Assembly (NCBI RefSeq): GCF_009914755.1
Contig: NC_060926.1
Length of the DNA: 64,000 nucleotides
Source: the human T2T-CHM13v2.0 reference genome, Homo sapiens
Reading direction: 5' to 3' (one strand)
The notes below the pieces were generated by a model that ran no database searches, was not told the origin of the DNA, and was given only the letters and a program-made list of their open reading frames with translations. How positions within the stretch are numbered: the first letter of the stretch is position 1; the number at the start of each line of letters is the position of its first letter. This document shows, piece after piece, positions 44,065 to 58,860 of this stretch. The position numbers were made by a program, and so were the translations under genes.

Positions 44065-44920
44065 CAGTTTGTTCCTTGACACTTTTTACATGTTTACGCT
44101 CTCAAAAATTATTGAGGATCCCAATATGTTTATGTGGCTAATATCTACTGAGTTATACCATACTGGCAACTAACACTGATAATTTTAATATTTATTTAAA
44201 AATTTCATTTTATAATATAACTTTTTCTTTTTCCTTTTCTTTTTATTATTTTTTTCTTTTTTTGAGACGGAGTCTCGCTCTGTCACTCAGGCTGGAGTGC
44301 AGTGGCACAATCTCGGCTCACTGCAACCCCTGCCTCCTGGGTTCAAACAATTCTTGTGCCTCAGCCTCCATCTCATGCCTCCTCAGCTGGCACTACAGGC
44401 GCCACCACACCTGGCTAATTTGTTTGTATTTTTAGTAGAGACGGGGTTTCATCATGTTGGCCAGACTGGTCTTGAACTCCTGACCTCAGGTGATCCACTC
44501 GCCTCAGCTTCCCAAAGTGCTGGGATTACAGATGTGAGCCACTGCGCCCAGCCAGTATAACATTTTAATAAAAATAACTAGTTTTTTTTTAATGTACAGA
44601 AAGTGGCATTATTTTATACTTTTGCAACCCTCCCTTTAAGACCTGGATTAGTAGAAGACAACTGATTTTCACATTTGCTTCTAAACGCAATCTCTCGCCG
44701 TATCATATCATGTAGCCTCTGGAATACTCCGCTGTACACCTGAGACAGAATGAAAGTGGAAAGGGCAAATAACGTGTTTGTATGGTTACATATTTTTATT
44801 TTTTCCAATCTGAATAGCAATCAGTTTATATTGTTATGAAAACAAGTTTGATCTTGGGACGCTCTGTCTTGAAAGTCGTGGGAATGCCCAAGCAGCCCCA
44901 GACCACTTTGAGCACTGCTG
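44065..44920 (-). mobile_element. Charlie1-derived element (internally deleted) with an inserted Alu
   Basis: CTCTCAAAAATTATTGAGGATCCCAA ... GACCACTTTGAGCACTGCTG terminal repeat. Confidence 0.75.
44222..44553 (-). mobile_element. AluS
   Basis: Antisense Alu consensus. Confidence 0.94.
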
Positions 44921-44944
44921 AATTAAGAATATGGTCATGTGACA

Positions 44945-45262
<318 letters not shown>

Positions 45263-45350
45263 AGGATATGGTCATGTGAGCCTCAAGTCTGGGTGTAAAT
45301 CTAGAACCAAAAAAAGGGAAAGTTTCAGTGTCTATCTTCAGCATCCAAGT

Positions 45351-45386
<36 letters not shown>

Positions 45387-46859
45387 CTATCCAAAGAACC
45401 TAAATTGCCTGAGACGGGCAGGGTTCATGCTCCTGCAATGCTGTGTGCGCAGGAGAAGGGAGGAAACACCCCCCTCCTCACTCTGTCAGGTGAGGTCCTG
45501 ACCTGCAGGCCTATCACAGGCAGGAGGGTGAGCTGTTCCAGGCAGGCATTCCAGCCATCTCTCGCTGGCCTAGCACGTTTCAGAAGATCACTCACCCATC
45601 TTCCTGCTCAGCCACTGCCTAGAGACTGCTCTCGGCAGCTCTAACATTGTCATTTCAGGTTACTCTCGACCTCCTGAGCAAACTGGGGACAGCCACTCTT
45701 TCCTCTAAAACAAGAAAGCTGAGAAAAATGTCTTCTTTGTCCTAAGAAACAAATCCGTCCCTGATCCAACTCTTGCCATCCAAAACCACTGCTGAGAGGG
45801 CTTGGCCTGGACCCCCTTGCTCTTTACCCTCCTGGGCTCCCTTGGCACTTGTGTGGCTCGTTGGGATTTGAGGAATCACTCATTTTGCGTAGTCGACAGT
45901 GGTCTTCAATGCCTCACCCCGCAGAGAAATCTCTAGTGATGGAGATCTAAGACCAATGGAAGAGCCACCAATGGGTACATTTTAGGGCAGGAGGCTTTGG
46001 GGCGTGTTCACAGCCATCCTCATTCCATGACAGTGTTGGTTGAGGTGTACGGGAAGGAGGTGATCGGTAGTGATACCCTGGCAAATGGGGTTTTGGGGTC
46101 CGACTGGTGTGGTCCTGAGACAGCCACTAACCAGCTGTGTGACCTTGGGAAGCTCTCTTTGTTCTTTCTCAACTTCAGTTTCTTCATCAGTAAAACTGGA
46201 CTAATAGAACCTACCTTCCCAGTTGTGATGACATTGAGAGATATGAAAGGCCCTGAGGCACTGGCCAAGGACTCAAGAGACCTGAGGCCTTAACCCCAGC
46301 TATTTCATGTCCTGATTATGTGTGACTAGGACAAGTCCCTTTCATCAAGACACTGCCTTCAGTGTTTATCTGTACTCTGTCTAGTTACATATCATCTCTG
46401 TTCTCCTATCGCCCTTGCCCCAGCCATCATCATCTGTTGTCGTAATTACTACAGGAAATTGTAACTCATTTCCTGGCTTCTGCCCTAGCCCTCCAGCCCT
46501 GACTACTCTCCGTGTAGTGACCAAAATTAACTCTAAGTCAGATCATGGGATGTCTCTGCTTAAAACCCTCTAACGTATCTCAGCTCACTCAGAACAAAAT
46601 TCAAGTTCTCATAGTGAGTGGCCTTATAGGCCCTACAAAATCTGTCCTGTCCCCTCTCTGACTTCACTTTCTACTCCCACCCCTACTCTGCATGCCCCAT
46701 AATGCCAGCCACACTGGTTCCCTTCTGTTTCTTCAACATGCTAGGCATCCTCTGACCTCACGACCTTTGCACTTATTGTTCTACTGCCTGGAACCTCTCC
46801 CCAAAATGTTACATGACTTGCTTCCTCATTTCCTTCAGACCTTTGCTCAAAAGTCACCT

Positions 46860-47435
46860 TTCAGAGAGACTTTCCCTGGACACCTTTTCTAAAACAACAT
46901 TCCATCCATCAGTTACTGGCATCTTACTTTGCTTGATTTTACTTGCCACGTCATAGGTGCTCAAGGCTTATTAACTTGGGTTGCATTGGGCTACCTGGGC
47001 TATAACTTCTCCATCTTTAAAATAAGAGAGTTGGACTGAAATTCGTAGAGCCCTGCTAGCTCTAAAGTTCCATAATGCTGCTTACGTCTCTGTGCTGGAA
47101 AGCGACTTATAAACGAAAACAAAATAGTGTCTGTAATTGTGTTTGTCTGCCTACATTGAATGAATTACTTAACACGATTAGGAAGGTTCCCGTTACTGTC
47201 TCCTGATTCAGCTGAACATCACAGGAGCCTGAAACCTCAATGCAGGTTCTTCGGATGAACAAAGAAACAGAACCCGAATGCCAAAGATAGCCTCTGTTTA
47301 AAAAACATTTAGATTCTAGATCTGTACCCGGACCTGTGGCTCACATGACCATATTCTGAATTCAACAGTTCTCAAAGTGGTCTGGTGCCCCTTAGGGTAC
47401 CAAGAACTCCTTCAGGAGGTCCTAAAGTCAAGACA
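46860..47435. repeat. Composite duplicated block: direct copy of 41585-41905 joined to an inverted copy of about 44840-45470 (without the Alu)
   Basis: 47341 TCACATGACCATATTCTGAATTCAACAGTTCTCAAAGTGGTC is nearly the reverse complement of 44901-44942 GACCACTTTGAGCACTGCTGAATTAAGAATATGGTCATGTGA. Confidence 0.85.
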
Positions 47436-47659
47436 GAGGCTACACATTGGTTCACCTCTTCCTGGACTCTGACAGCAGCCCCCAACTCCTTTCCTTGATT
47501 CCTGTCCCTTTGCCTCCATTGGGACAGCCAGAAGGATCTTTATAAAATGCTGCCTGACCTCTCTGTGCTCCGCCTTAAAGCATGCCAAGTACTTCCCAAG
47601 GCTTTCTTGGCATTTCCATGGACACACACTCAGGGCATGGCAGAAAGAAAGGTGTTCCT

Positions 47660-49440
47660 TGTCAAACTAAATAACAGGAAGATTCTAAAAGAAAATGATG
47701 TTTATTTGGGAATAGACATTGCCATGGGCATATGAATATAGTTTACTGTGATACTCATATTCCCATTGCAATGCCCATTCCTCAGTAAACATGATTTTCT
47801 TTTGTGGATTCTTCCTATTTGTTATTTAGTTTGACATAATGGTGTCAGAAGTGGGATTACATAATTGTTTTGAGACAATTGTCCTTAGCTACAAGGATTA
47901 GTAACAAGGATGGTGAGCTGAGTGTGGTGGCTCACACCAATAATCCCAGCACTTTGGGAGGCCAAGGTGGGAGGATTGCTTGAGCCCCGGAGTTCAAGAC
48001 CAGCCTGGGGAACATAATAAGACCTCATCTCTACAAACAAATTTTTAAAAATTAGTCTGGTATGATGGTCCCAGCCACTCAGGAGGCTAAGACAGGAGGA
48101 CTGCTTGAGCCCAGGAGTTCAAGGCTGTAGTGAGCTATGATCACACCACTACACTCTGCCTGGGCAACAGAGCAAGACCTTGTCTAAAAAAACGAAAAAA
48201 GAAGAAGAAGGAGAAGGAGAAGGAGAAAGAAGGAGAAGGAGAAGGAGAAGGAGAAGGAGAAGGAGAAGGAGAAGGAGAAGAAGAAGAAGAAGAAGAAGAA
48301 GAAGAAGAAGAAGAAGACGACGACAACGGTGGTGAGGGGGATGGTACCAGTCTGAGGTTCGACAGGCAGTTGATGGGCAGATTTTCATACAGAAGTATTT
48401 TTTTGGTAAGGCTGTTTTGGCCTTTATGCAAGATTGTGAAGTTGGTGAGTCTTTTGTGATAGTTGTTGTTATAAGGTATTTGTGCATGACAACCCTCCCT
48501 TCATGGGCTTCCCTAGCTCTATTTGTCTGAGTTTTTAACATAAGTAACTCCATCCTGATTCTGACAACTTCCACGTTTCCCCCTTTTGATCAAGATCTTT
48601 CTCCAAAAGCACTGCTGATCAATATTCCTGTAGTTAGATTTTGATTGTCCCCCAGTGCTGGGACCTGTCCCAGTTTGGCTTGGTCTGGTCCCACCAAGAC
48701 CAGTTGTGATTAGCAGCTAGGAGTCAGTGTCAAAACCCTTTCAGCCACATTGGAGCAATTAAGTTCTGGAGGGAGTGACCCTCAGGCTAAGTCTACCTAG
48801 AATCTATTGTTAATTTCAGTTTTATCTGTTCTGTAGGCATTTGTTATCATCTCAAAGTATAGGCCAGCATTATTTGTTAGGAGTTGTACTTCTGCAAAAA
48901 TTTAACAAGTAACAAATAAAAATGTAAAAGGAAAATATCAAGTAAAATAATAGTCTCAATTGGTGTAGTAGTTTTGAGTCATGAACTAGACCCAAAGGCA
49001 ACCAATGAATAAATGAAATGATTATGGGGAATTAGGTGAGACTTGTAACCATGTGGCCTGTTTTTCTTTTAAACTTTGCGTATATGAGTCTCAACTTTTC
49101 CAGAGGAATTTATCCAAGTACAGCATGTAGTATTAGCAATAGTACAGACATTTATTTAATCAATAAAGAATATAGAGCAGTTTTATCATCTAGTATCCCA
49201 TGACTGGGTTGAATTAAAACAGTGAGCAACAGTTGTATTAGGGATGTTGCCAAGGTCACCCACTAGGTGGACTAAAGGATCTCTTAGGTCAGGTTCTGTC
49301 AAGTTACAAGCAGAAGCTACTGATTATGAAATTTCAGTTATAGCATGATCCTGCCAAGTGAAAAATAGAGGCATCAAAGGGTAAGCGTCTCATTAGGATA
49401 TGGAGCCTGGTTCCAACATCTTGGGAAAAGCTGTCTACAG
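47660..49440 (-). mobile_element. MER65-like ERV1 3' LTR (47660-48575) plus adjacent internal sequence
   Basis: The minus strand of 48575-48340 reads GGAAGTTGTCAGAATCAGGATGGAGTTACTTATGTTAAAAAC..., the MER65 5' end. The polypurine tract lies next to it (TTTCCCCCTTTT on +). Confidence 0.75.
47915..48325 (+). mobile_element. AluJ with tail expanded into (GAAGGA)n(GAA)n
   Basis: Alu consensus at 47915-48200 and a purine microsatellite at 48200-48317. GGATGGT repeated on both flanks. Confidence 0.92.
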
Positions 49441-49550
49441 CTGAATGCTGGACCACCCACCTCTCAGTGCAATCGAGCCTTGGGGGCACTGGGTGCCTCT
49501 CTCTGGGAAGAGACAGAACCCTTGGGATGAGGGTGTTCCCCAGGACCTAG

Positions 49551-50100
<550 letters not shown>

Positions 50101-51543
50101 TGAACAAAGTGGAGATGCCAGGTATCTACTGAGAGGATGCAATGGAAGTTGAAGGGTGTGTGCAAAGCAATGTTGACACGCAGTTGTCCTGCTCCACTCC
50201 TGGGGCCTCTGGACCAAGAGCCAGGATTCCACTGACCTGCCCTTGCCAGAATTCTTATTAGGACCCCAACCTTCCAAGCGCAATGTCTTGCCCCTCTGCC
50301 CAGTCCTCAGAGCACTGGGAGCCAGGCATATCGGGGCACGATGGGTATGGACGATATGCTGATTCTCTGAGCTCCAACAAAGTTGGGGGATGCACAAAGA
50401 ACCTCCTGAAGCTCTTCCAGGGCCCTATGTCCTGGAACATCTATCTCTATGCTCAAAGCACCTTGCTTTGTTGGGGGAGTGGGGCAAGGAATGGATGCCC
50501 AGCCATTCCCTGAGCATGCATGCTCCCCGCCACTTGCAAATTTGCAAGGACAAGAACTTCCTTTTGTTGTGATGTGTGTGCATGAGGTTTAACAGGAAGG
50601 GAGTGTGTGTTCTCAGTTAACATGGCTTGAAACCAATTTCAAGGTAATTGAGAGGCTTCCCGTTTTCTGTTTACGTTTCACTTTGCTAAGTGCCCATTAC
50701 AATTTCACTTTGCTAACTGCCAGAGTAAGGGGTCACCTAGAGCCAAAGCCACGGAGAACCTGAGTGTCTGCAGCTCGGCCAGAGTAGCTATCGCTGAACT
50801 TAGCCTGGGCGGACTCCAGGGATCCTGGGGGAACTTGGACACCCCCTCCATGACTTGTCTCAGCCCCCGCCCTCACCCTCCACAGCTGAGACTGGTACTG
50901 CCCAAGCCTCCTGCCCTCCTCCACTCACATGCCTTCTGCTGTTTGTTTCCTGGTGCTCTTCACCCCACCCATCCCCAAGCCCCAATCCTAGCCCCAGCCG
51001 CCTGGAGGGAGGCCCACAGGCTCTCCATCAGCCAGTCCCAAGGGGATCCAGCCATGTTCCATAACCTGCCCACTCCTCATTGCTCTCAGGGGATCCAGGG
51101 CTGGCTTTGCCCGGGTCTCCTCATACCTGCTAGCATTTTTTGGAGCCGGAGCATTGCTAAGTATTAGCTGTCCCTCCACCCTTTGTCACTGCAAGCGTCC
51201 TCCTTAACTCCTTTCCTAACATGCCCGTAGCTATTGCTCCTTACCATCCACGGCACTCACATATCACACTGGGATAGATTTGGCCAGCCTCTGTTTCTCA
51301 CCATCCTATTTGTATTCTGTTTCTGGGTATTGCCTTAGCCTCCTCAACCAGACTGAGCTCGTGAAAGGCAGGGCTGTGGCTGAGCCTACCCTAGCAGTCC
51401 CCACTGAGTGCATGGCCACACACTGAACACATAGGGGTACTGAGAAAATGCCTGCATGGGTAATCTAAAGACGCTGTGTCAGAAGTTGGGGCGAGGGCAT
51501 GGATAGAGGATGTGGGACTAAAGAGACAGAGGTGGTGTCCTGG

Positions 51544-52632
51544 TGTGTCCGGAATTGGTTCCTTCTGGTGGGTCCTTGGTCTCACTGACTTCAAGAATGA
51601 AGCTGTGGACCCTCACGGTGAGTGCTACCGTTTACTTAAAGATGATATGGCCCAAATTTGTTCCTTCTGATGGTCAGACGTGTCCACAATTTCTTCCTTC
51701 TGGTGGGTTCGTGGTCTCACTGGCTTCAGGAGTGAAGCTACAGACCTTCACAGTGAGTGTTAGAGCTCATAAAGGCAGCAAGGACCCAAAAAGTAAGCAG
51801 CAGCAGCAAGAGCTCTCCCAAAGAGCAAAGCACCCACAGCATGGAAAAACACCAACGTAAGTTGCCGCTGCAAGCGCGGGTGGCCTGCTTTTATTCCCTT
51901 ATCTGGCCCCACCCACATCCTGCTGATTGGACCATTTTACAGAGAGCTGATTGGTCCATTTTGACAGAGTGCTGATTGGTGCGTTTACAAACTTTTAGCT
52001 AGACACAGAGTGCTGATTGGTGCGTTTACAATCCTTTAGCTAGACACAAAAATTCTCCAAGTCACCACCTGATTAACTAGACACAGAGCGCTAATTGGTG
52101 TGTTTACAAACCTTTAGCTAGACAGAAAAGTTCTCCAAGTCCCCACCTGTCCCAGAAGCCCAGCCGGCTTCATCTCTCACTGGGACTCGCTGCTGGACTT
52201 TGCAGCACCAAACCCCGGCACTCCGGCAGCCCACAGGGAGCTAGTCCCAGACAATCGAGGAAAAGAAGGGAAGCGAGAAAGAGAGGGAGACCTGCTATTG
52301 TGGCCAACGATCCCGCGAAGAGGCAACGGCGGTCCACGAACGGGATTCAGCCTCCCATCAAGCCCAGCCGGCGCTCACCTGGAACCCGCGCAGGCCCGCA
52401 AGCACCGTGTTCAGCCCCGGCTCCCGCCCGCGCCTCTCCCTTCCTCCCGCCCGCGCCTCTCCCTCCACACCTCCCCGCCAGCAGAGGGAGCCGTCTCCGG
52501 CCTCGGCCAGCCCCAAAGAGGGGCCCCCACAGCGCAGCGGCGGGCTGAAGGGCTCCTCCAGTGCGGCCAGAGCGGACGCCGAAGCCGAGGAAGCGCCAAG
52601 AGTGAGGGCTGCTAGCACGTTGTCACCTCTCA
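51544..52632 (-). mobile_element. LTR12 (ERV9) solo LTR
   Basis: Minus-strand termini TGAGAGGTGACA...CCAATTCCGGACACA. TSD CTGG (51540-51543, 52633-52636). Five CCAAT boxes (ATTGG on +) in 51926-52098 and a CpG-rich U3. Confidence 0.95.
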
Positions 52633-52724
52633 CTGGGAAGGACACTGAGTTTGCCCTGAAGTTACTGTTACAATAAACATCAGGAAGGAAGAGAAACAGA
52701 TCAATGTAAAAATAATGAACTATG

Positions 52725-53027
52725 GGCCGGGTGCGGTGGCTCACGCTTATAATCCCAGCACTTTGGGAGGCCGAGGCTGGCAGATCACGAAGTCAGGAGA
52801 TGGAGACCATCCTGGCTAACACAGGGAAACCCCGTCTCTACTAAAAATACAAAAAATTAGCCGAGCATGGTGGTACATGCCTATAGTCCCAGCTACTCCG
52901 GAGGCTGAGGCAGGAAAATCGCTTGAACGCAGGAAGCAGAGGTTGCAGTGAGGCCGAGATGGCGCCACCTCACTCCGGCCTGGGAGACAGTGCGAGACTC
53001 TGTTTCAAAAAAAAAAAAAAAAAAAAA
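52725..53027 (+). mobile_element. AluSc/Y-like
   Basis: Alu consensus with CCTGGCTAACAC. Confidence 0.95.
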
Positions 53028-53598
53028 GAACTAAACAGAGTCCCTAACAGGTCACCATCACCAGCTACAGTGACACATTCCCCGTCTGGAGCGGTTGAAA
53101 CCCATGGAGCAAACAGGGTCCTGAGCAGCCAAGACGGATGTCACAAGCTCCATGCATGAAAGCTTATGCTCTTTACCCTGAGCTGAACCCCTCCGTTCTC
53201 TGTACTCAGGAATCCCTGTTTTTATGAACATTTCTAACAAATGCAGGCATCCGGTTTGTAAATACACAAAAAAGATTAGAAGCAACAAATCAGTCTCATT
53301 AAACTGCTTTAGGCCAACATTCTGACAGTGCTGAGAGGTGACAGGTGATAGTCTTAGTGAGGGATGAGACTGTTCATCTTTCGAGGGGTAGCCTGAGGCC
53401 TCCAGAAGCCCAGCAGCCTGGGGTCATCCAGTGCAGGGCAGAGTCAAACCCAACAAGGCAGTGTCCTCTAAGCCCCTCCTCATTCTGTAGCTCAGTGTGG
53501 GAATGGATGTTCACAGTGATTAACGCTGCACAGTGATTAACGCTGAATCATGAAGAAAAGCTAAGTGATGTTCAAGACTCTCTGTTTAAGAAGATAAG

Positions 53599-54274
<676 letters not shown>

Positions 54275-54769
54275 TTATTGGTAGCTTCCATTTCTGGCTT
54301 TTCAGGCACTTTGTTTACATGCTCTCATCTGGGAGGTTGCACAAGTTATTGCCATTTCAGAGATGAGGGCAGGTGACTCAGCAAGGGTCCCATGGCTAGT
54401 GAGTAAAAGGGCAGGTCTCAGTATCAAGAGTTCTGCAACCAGCTCCACTTCCCCTCGCTGCCTCTGTCCAAGTAACTCAGGCCTCTGAATGCTCCAGGTG
54501 CATGCTACTGTCCTGATGTTACAAAATGTCCCCTTCCTCAGATGTCTCCTTTTCTCTGGTCTGTAACCACCATAGCAGCCTGGGGCTGCTGGGTGTGACT
54601 TTCATCCCTACTGTATCTCTCCCATTAGCACACATCAGCGCTAGGGATCTTACTTACCACTGATAGCACTTTGGTTTGAGCACCAGATTGCTCCAGATCG
54701 CTTCTTCAGGAAGAGATGGCCGAGCGTTACTCCATCACACCCAGAACCCAGAGTTAAACATTTACCAAG

Positions 54770-55020
54770 ATGCAGTATGTCACAGTGGGCTCTAGGATCA
54801 AACTTCCTGGGTTCAAATTCCAGCTCTGCTACTTACTGTATAGCCTTGGGAAGGTCACTTAACCTGTCTGTGCCTTGATTTCCCCATCTATAAAATGCAT
54901 GTAGTAGTAATATCTAATTCACAAGGTTGTCATAACCATCCAAAAAAGTTAACATGTGCAAAGTGCTTAAAACAGTGCCTGGCACTTAGTAGACATTTGA
55001 CAAATATAAGTTATTATTGC
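54770..55020 (+). mobile_element. MIR
   Basis: CCTGGGTTCAAATTCCAGCTCTGCTACTTACT..CCTTGGGAAGGTCACTTAACCTGTCTGTGCCT core. Confidence 0.85.
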
Positions 55021-55361
55021 TAATACAAAGCAGTTTATATGTATCATCTTCATAAGCTCATAAGCTGTATCAAATCCCCTCCCTTTTTTTTTTAAGAATA
55101 ATACTGTTTGTAAAAAATCTCTAATTATCATAGCATCCTAGAAGATCAGTGTGAGTTTTCCCATTTTGTAGCTGAGACTCCTGAAGCACAGAGAAGCAAA
55201 GTGACTCATCTCAGGAAAGAGTGCCAGAAACTGGCAGAATCAGGAATGGTACCTGGGTCTACCTGGTGTTTGAGTCATAAGCTTTCCATAATAATTTGCA
55301 TCATAACTGCCTTTCTTAGTAAAAATGTTAAAGAGATTAACTTCCTTAAGAAAGTGAGTAG

Positions 55362-55717
<356 letters not shown>

Positions 55718-55874
55718 TGGAAGTCCCACTTTCAAATCTCACTTTGAGAGATTGAATCACTTGATAGTTGGAAGTTTCAGAACCTGAGAAGGCAAGTTCG
55801 GAAGGAAGGATTGGACTTCCATTTTTCAATAAGAGATGCCTGAGAGGCAAGGGCTGTCCATTATCACTGTTCAT

Positions 55875-56402
55875 GGGTATTCTGGTGATCTATTGCTATG
55901 TAACCAATCACCCCAAATCACAGTGGCTTAAAACAACTATAATCATTTTATTACCTCTCACAGCTCTGGGGGCTGGCAGGCCTCAGCTGAGTGCTTCTCA
56001 CGCAGGGTCTTTCATGAAGTTGCAGTCTGGGGTTGGAGGCATATGGACAGTCTCCTCATTCACATGTCTGGTGGCTGGTGCTGATTCCCCTAATGGGGAA
56101 TCATCAGCCAGAACAGCTGCCCGTGGCCTCTCTGTGTGGCTTGGGCTTCCTCACAGCATGGTGGCTGGATTCCAAGAGCAAGGGATACAAGATCACTGGG
56201 TAGAAGTGCATGGCATTTTTCTGACCTAGCTGTGGAAGTCACATAGTGTCTCTTTTGCAATGACTTCTACTCATCAAGGTAGTCATAAAGTTTCTTCCAC
56301 TAAGGTACAAGGAGAGGCGACATATACCTCTCCTGGACTCAATGGGAAGAGTGTCAGGGAGAGCATGTGAGATGAGATATACTTTGAAAGTACAATCTGC
56401 CA
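55875..56402 (-). mobile_element. MLT1 (F/G-like) MaLR LTR
   Basis: TCTATTGCTATGTAACCAATCACCCCAAA..CAGTGGCTTAAAACAAC ... TGGGCTTCCTCACAGCATGGTGGCTGG. Confidence 0.75.
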
Positions 56403-57765
56403 CATGGGCAGGCTCTCCTGGGAGAACTTGCCATTTGGAGGAAAAAGGTGACGAATAGCGAATGTAGGCTCTAACAAGGACCCCTCCCTGTAGTCATATC
56501 TGATGGTAGTTCCTTCAGGGAACTGGCCACAAGAGACACGGTTGGCAGCAAGATTTACTGCTCTGCCAAAGCTGTCATTGAAATAAATAGGATTAGGTCT
56601 GCAGTGACTTCATTATCCGGACTGCTCTAATAACATGTAATTTGCCGCCATGCTGTGACCAGCAAAGCCGCCAGGGCATATAGTGGGAATGCCTGGTCAC
56701 CTGAGAAGGGGTTCCATCCCCTGGAAATCTTACAGGTCTTTGACCTTGTCCACAAGCAGACAGATCTTACTTCCTCCTCCCACCGGCTTCTTTTATGCAA
56801 ACAAAAACTGGAAGCAATTTTGCTTTTGAAGCTCCTGAGTCAGCCGAAGCCCCAGGAAATGTCCTGGTTCTTCCCCCAGCCTCTCTCCCTGAGGTCCCCA
56901 TCCCAAGCCTGAGAGCTCTGGAAATCCAGTTAAAACAGTTGAGAGTTTTCCTGCCAGACAGCACAAGTGTGCCGGGGCCTGGCTCCCAGGGGGCCTAGGC
57001 CCAGCCTCGAGGCAGGCTGATGCTCTGTGCTAGCCTCAATACAGTGCTGGCCCAGCCTAGCAAGCCCTGCTAAAGGGTGGCTCTGAAGATGTGGAGCACG
57101 GGCCCTGGGATGGTGGGAAGTCCTCCTGTGTAGCTGGTCCCATCCATCTCTCCCTGGCTCCCCGAGCAAGCCCTCTGCTAGCTTCTTCTGCTTCTGTCAC
57201 CTCCAGCTCCTGTCCTGCTGCAGAAAGTACAGCCTCCTCAACCTGGTATCAAGACCCTCCCATGCAGGCCAACCTGATGCCATTCTGGGCCCACCTTGCC
57301 TGTGCAGTCAGGGGCAGGGCTGACCTTCCACAAAAGCCACAGAGCAGAGCCCTCCTGCACCACGTCTGTGATGCTGACACTCTCAGGCGTGCATTCTTCT
57401 CACTGGGGCTGTGGAGTGAGGCTACAAGTGAGCAGAGGGCTCAAGGCGGGGGCAGGGCTTAGGCCCTTGAGTTGGGGGCTACTGTGGCTGCCCTCGGATG
57501 TGAGTTCACTTCCTCTGGGCTGCCTCTCCTGACCCTACGGAAGCTCATCCCACTGTGGGCCCTTCTGATCTACAGAGCGTTCCTCTACCTAGTGAATCAT
57601 CCCTGTGAACTCTCAGTACAGTGCAGTAATGAAATCCAGACATTTCCCCAACTCCTGGGCAGGTGACTCTACCCAAAATATCCAGAACTACAGAAATGCT
57701 AACAACTGCCACCATTTATGGAGGATTTACTGTATGGCAAGTACAATACCAAAAGCTTTATTCTC

Positions 57766-58117
<352 letters not shown>

Positions 58118-58649
58118 TGAGAAAACTGAGGCTCAGAGAAGTTAAATAAACGTTCCATTGTGTCACAACAGTACATTTTGCAGCCACCGTATGAATTCAA
58201 ATCTGTCTCTTTGCAAACTACAGACTAGCAGCTATGAAGAATTTCTGATGTATTCTGGGCATGGCAGACAGCCCCTGAGTCCATGAAGTCACCTAACCTG
58301 GGAGCCTCCCATTTCATCCTCGATCCCCTTTATGGGGCAGAGCCAGAACTGTGGGGCTGGGCCGAGGGAGAGGACAGGGAGAGCAGCGGGCAGACAGGCT
58401 TTGGCTGTCTGGGAAGAGTATCTCCCCACCACGGAGGCCCAGCTGAAGCTGAGTGTTTCCCTGACGGCCATCTAGAGTGGACAGGAGTCAGGCCTCAAAC
58501 ATTAAAGGGTCAAAGATGAAATGGGATTTCCAAAGATGACTCCACCGGGCTAGGGGTGCACCAAATGAGGGGTGCTGCTGCCCTGTACTGCCCAAGAGAT
58601 CTGAGACATCTCTTCACCCCCAGCCCCCGCCAGAAGTACCTTTCTTTAT

Positions 58650-58860
58650 ACAGCAAAAAGTGCATAGACTTTAGGGTCAAGTCCCTGATCTATCACTTAC
58701 TAGCTGTGTGACCTCAGGAAAGTCACTTAACCTCTCTGAGCCTCAGTTTCCTCCTCTGTGAGTGGGGATAATACCCATCCGTCAAGGTGGTATATTGTCA
58801 CCGTGTTGTGGTTGTTGTGAGGACTGGGGATCTTGGGTATGAAGCACTAAGTGCCCAGAA
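58650..58860 (+). mobile_element. MIR
   Basis: CACTTACTAGCTGTGTGACCTCAGGAAAGTCACTTAACCTCTCTGAGCCTCAGTTTCCTC. Confidence 0.85.

Noticed and set aside
47840-47858. tRNA-Leu gene
   Set aside because: Only 18-19 nt complementary to the tRNA 3' end including CCA, so this is a retroviral PBS rather than a tRNA gene.
48130-48574. ORFs with poly-E, poly-S or poly-L runs
   Set aside because: Translations of an Alu tail microsatellite.
52290-52620. CpG island suggesting a gene promoter
   Set aside because: Lies entirely within the LTR12 U3 region.
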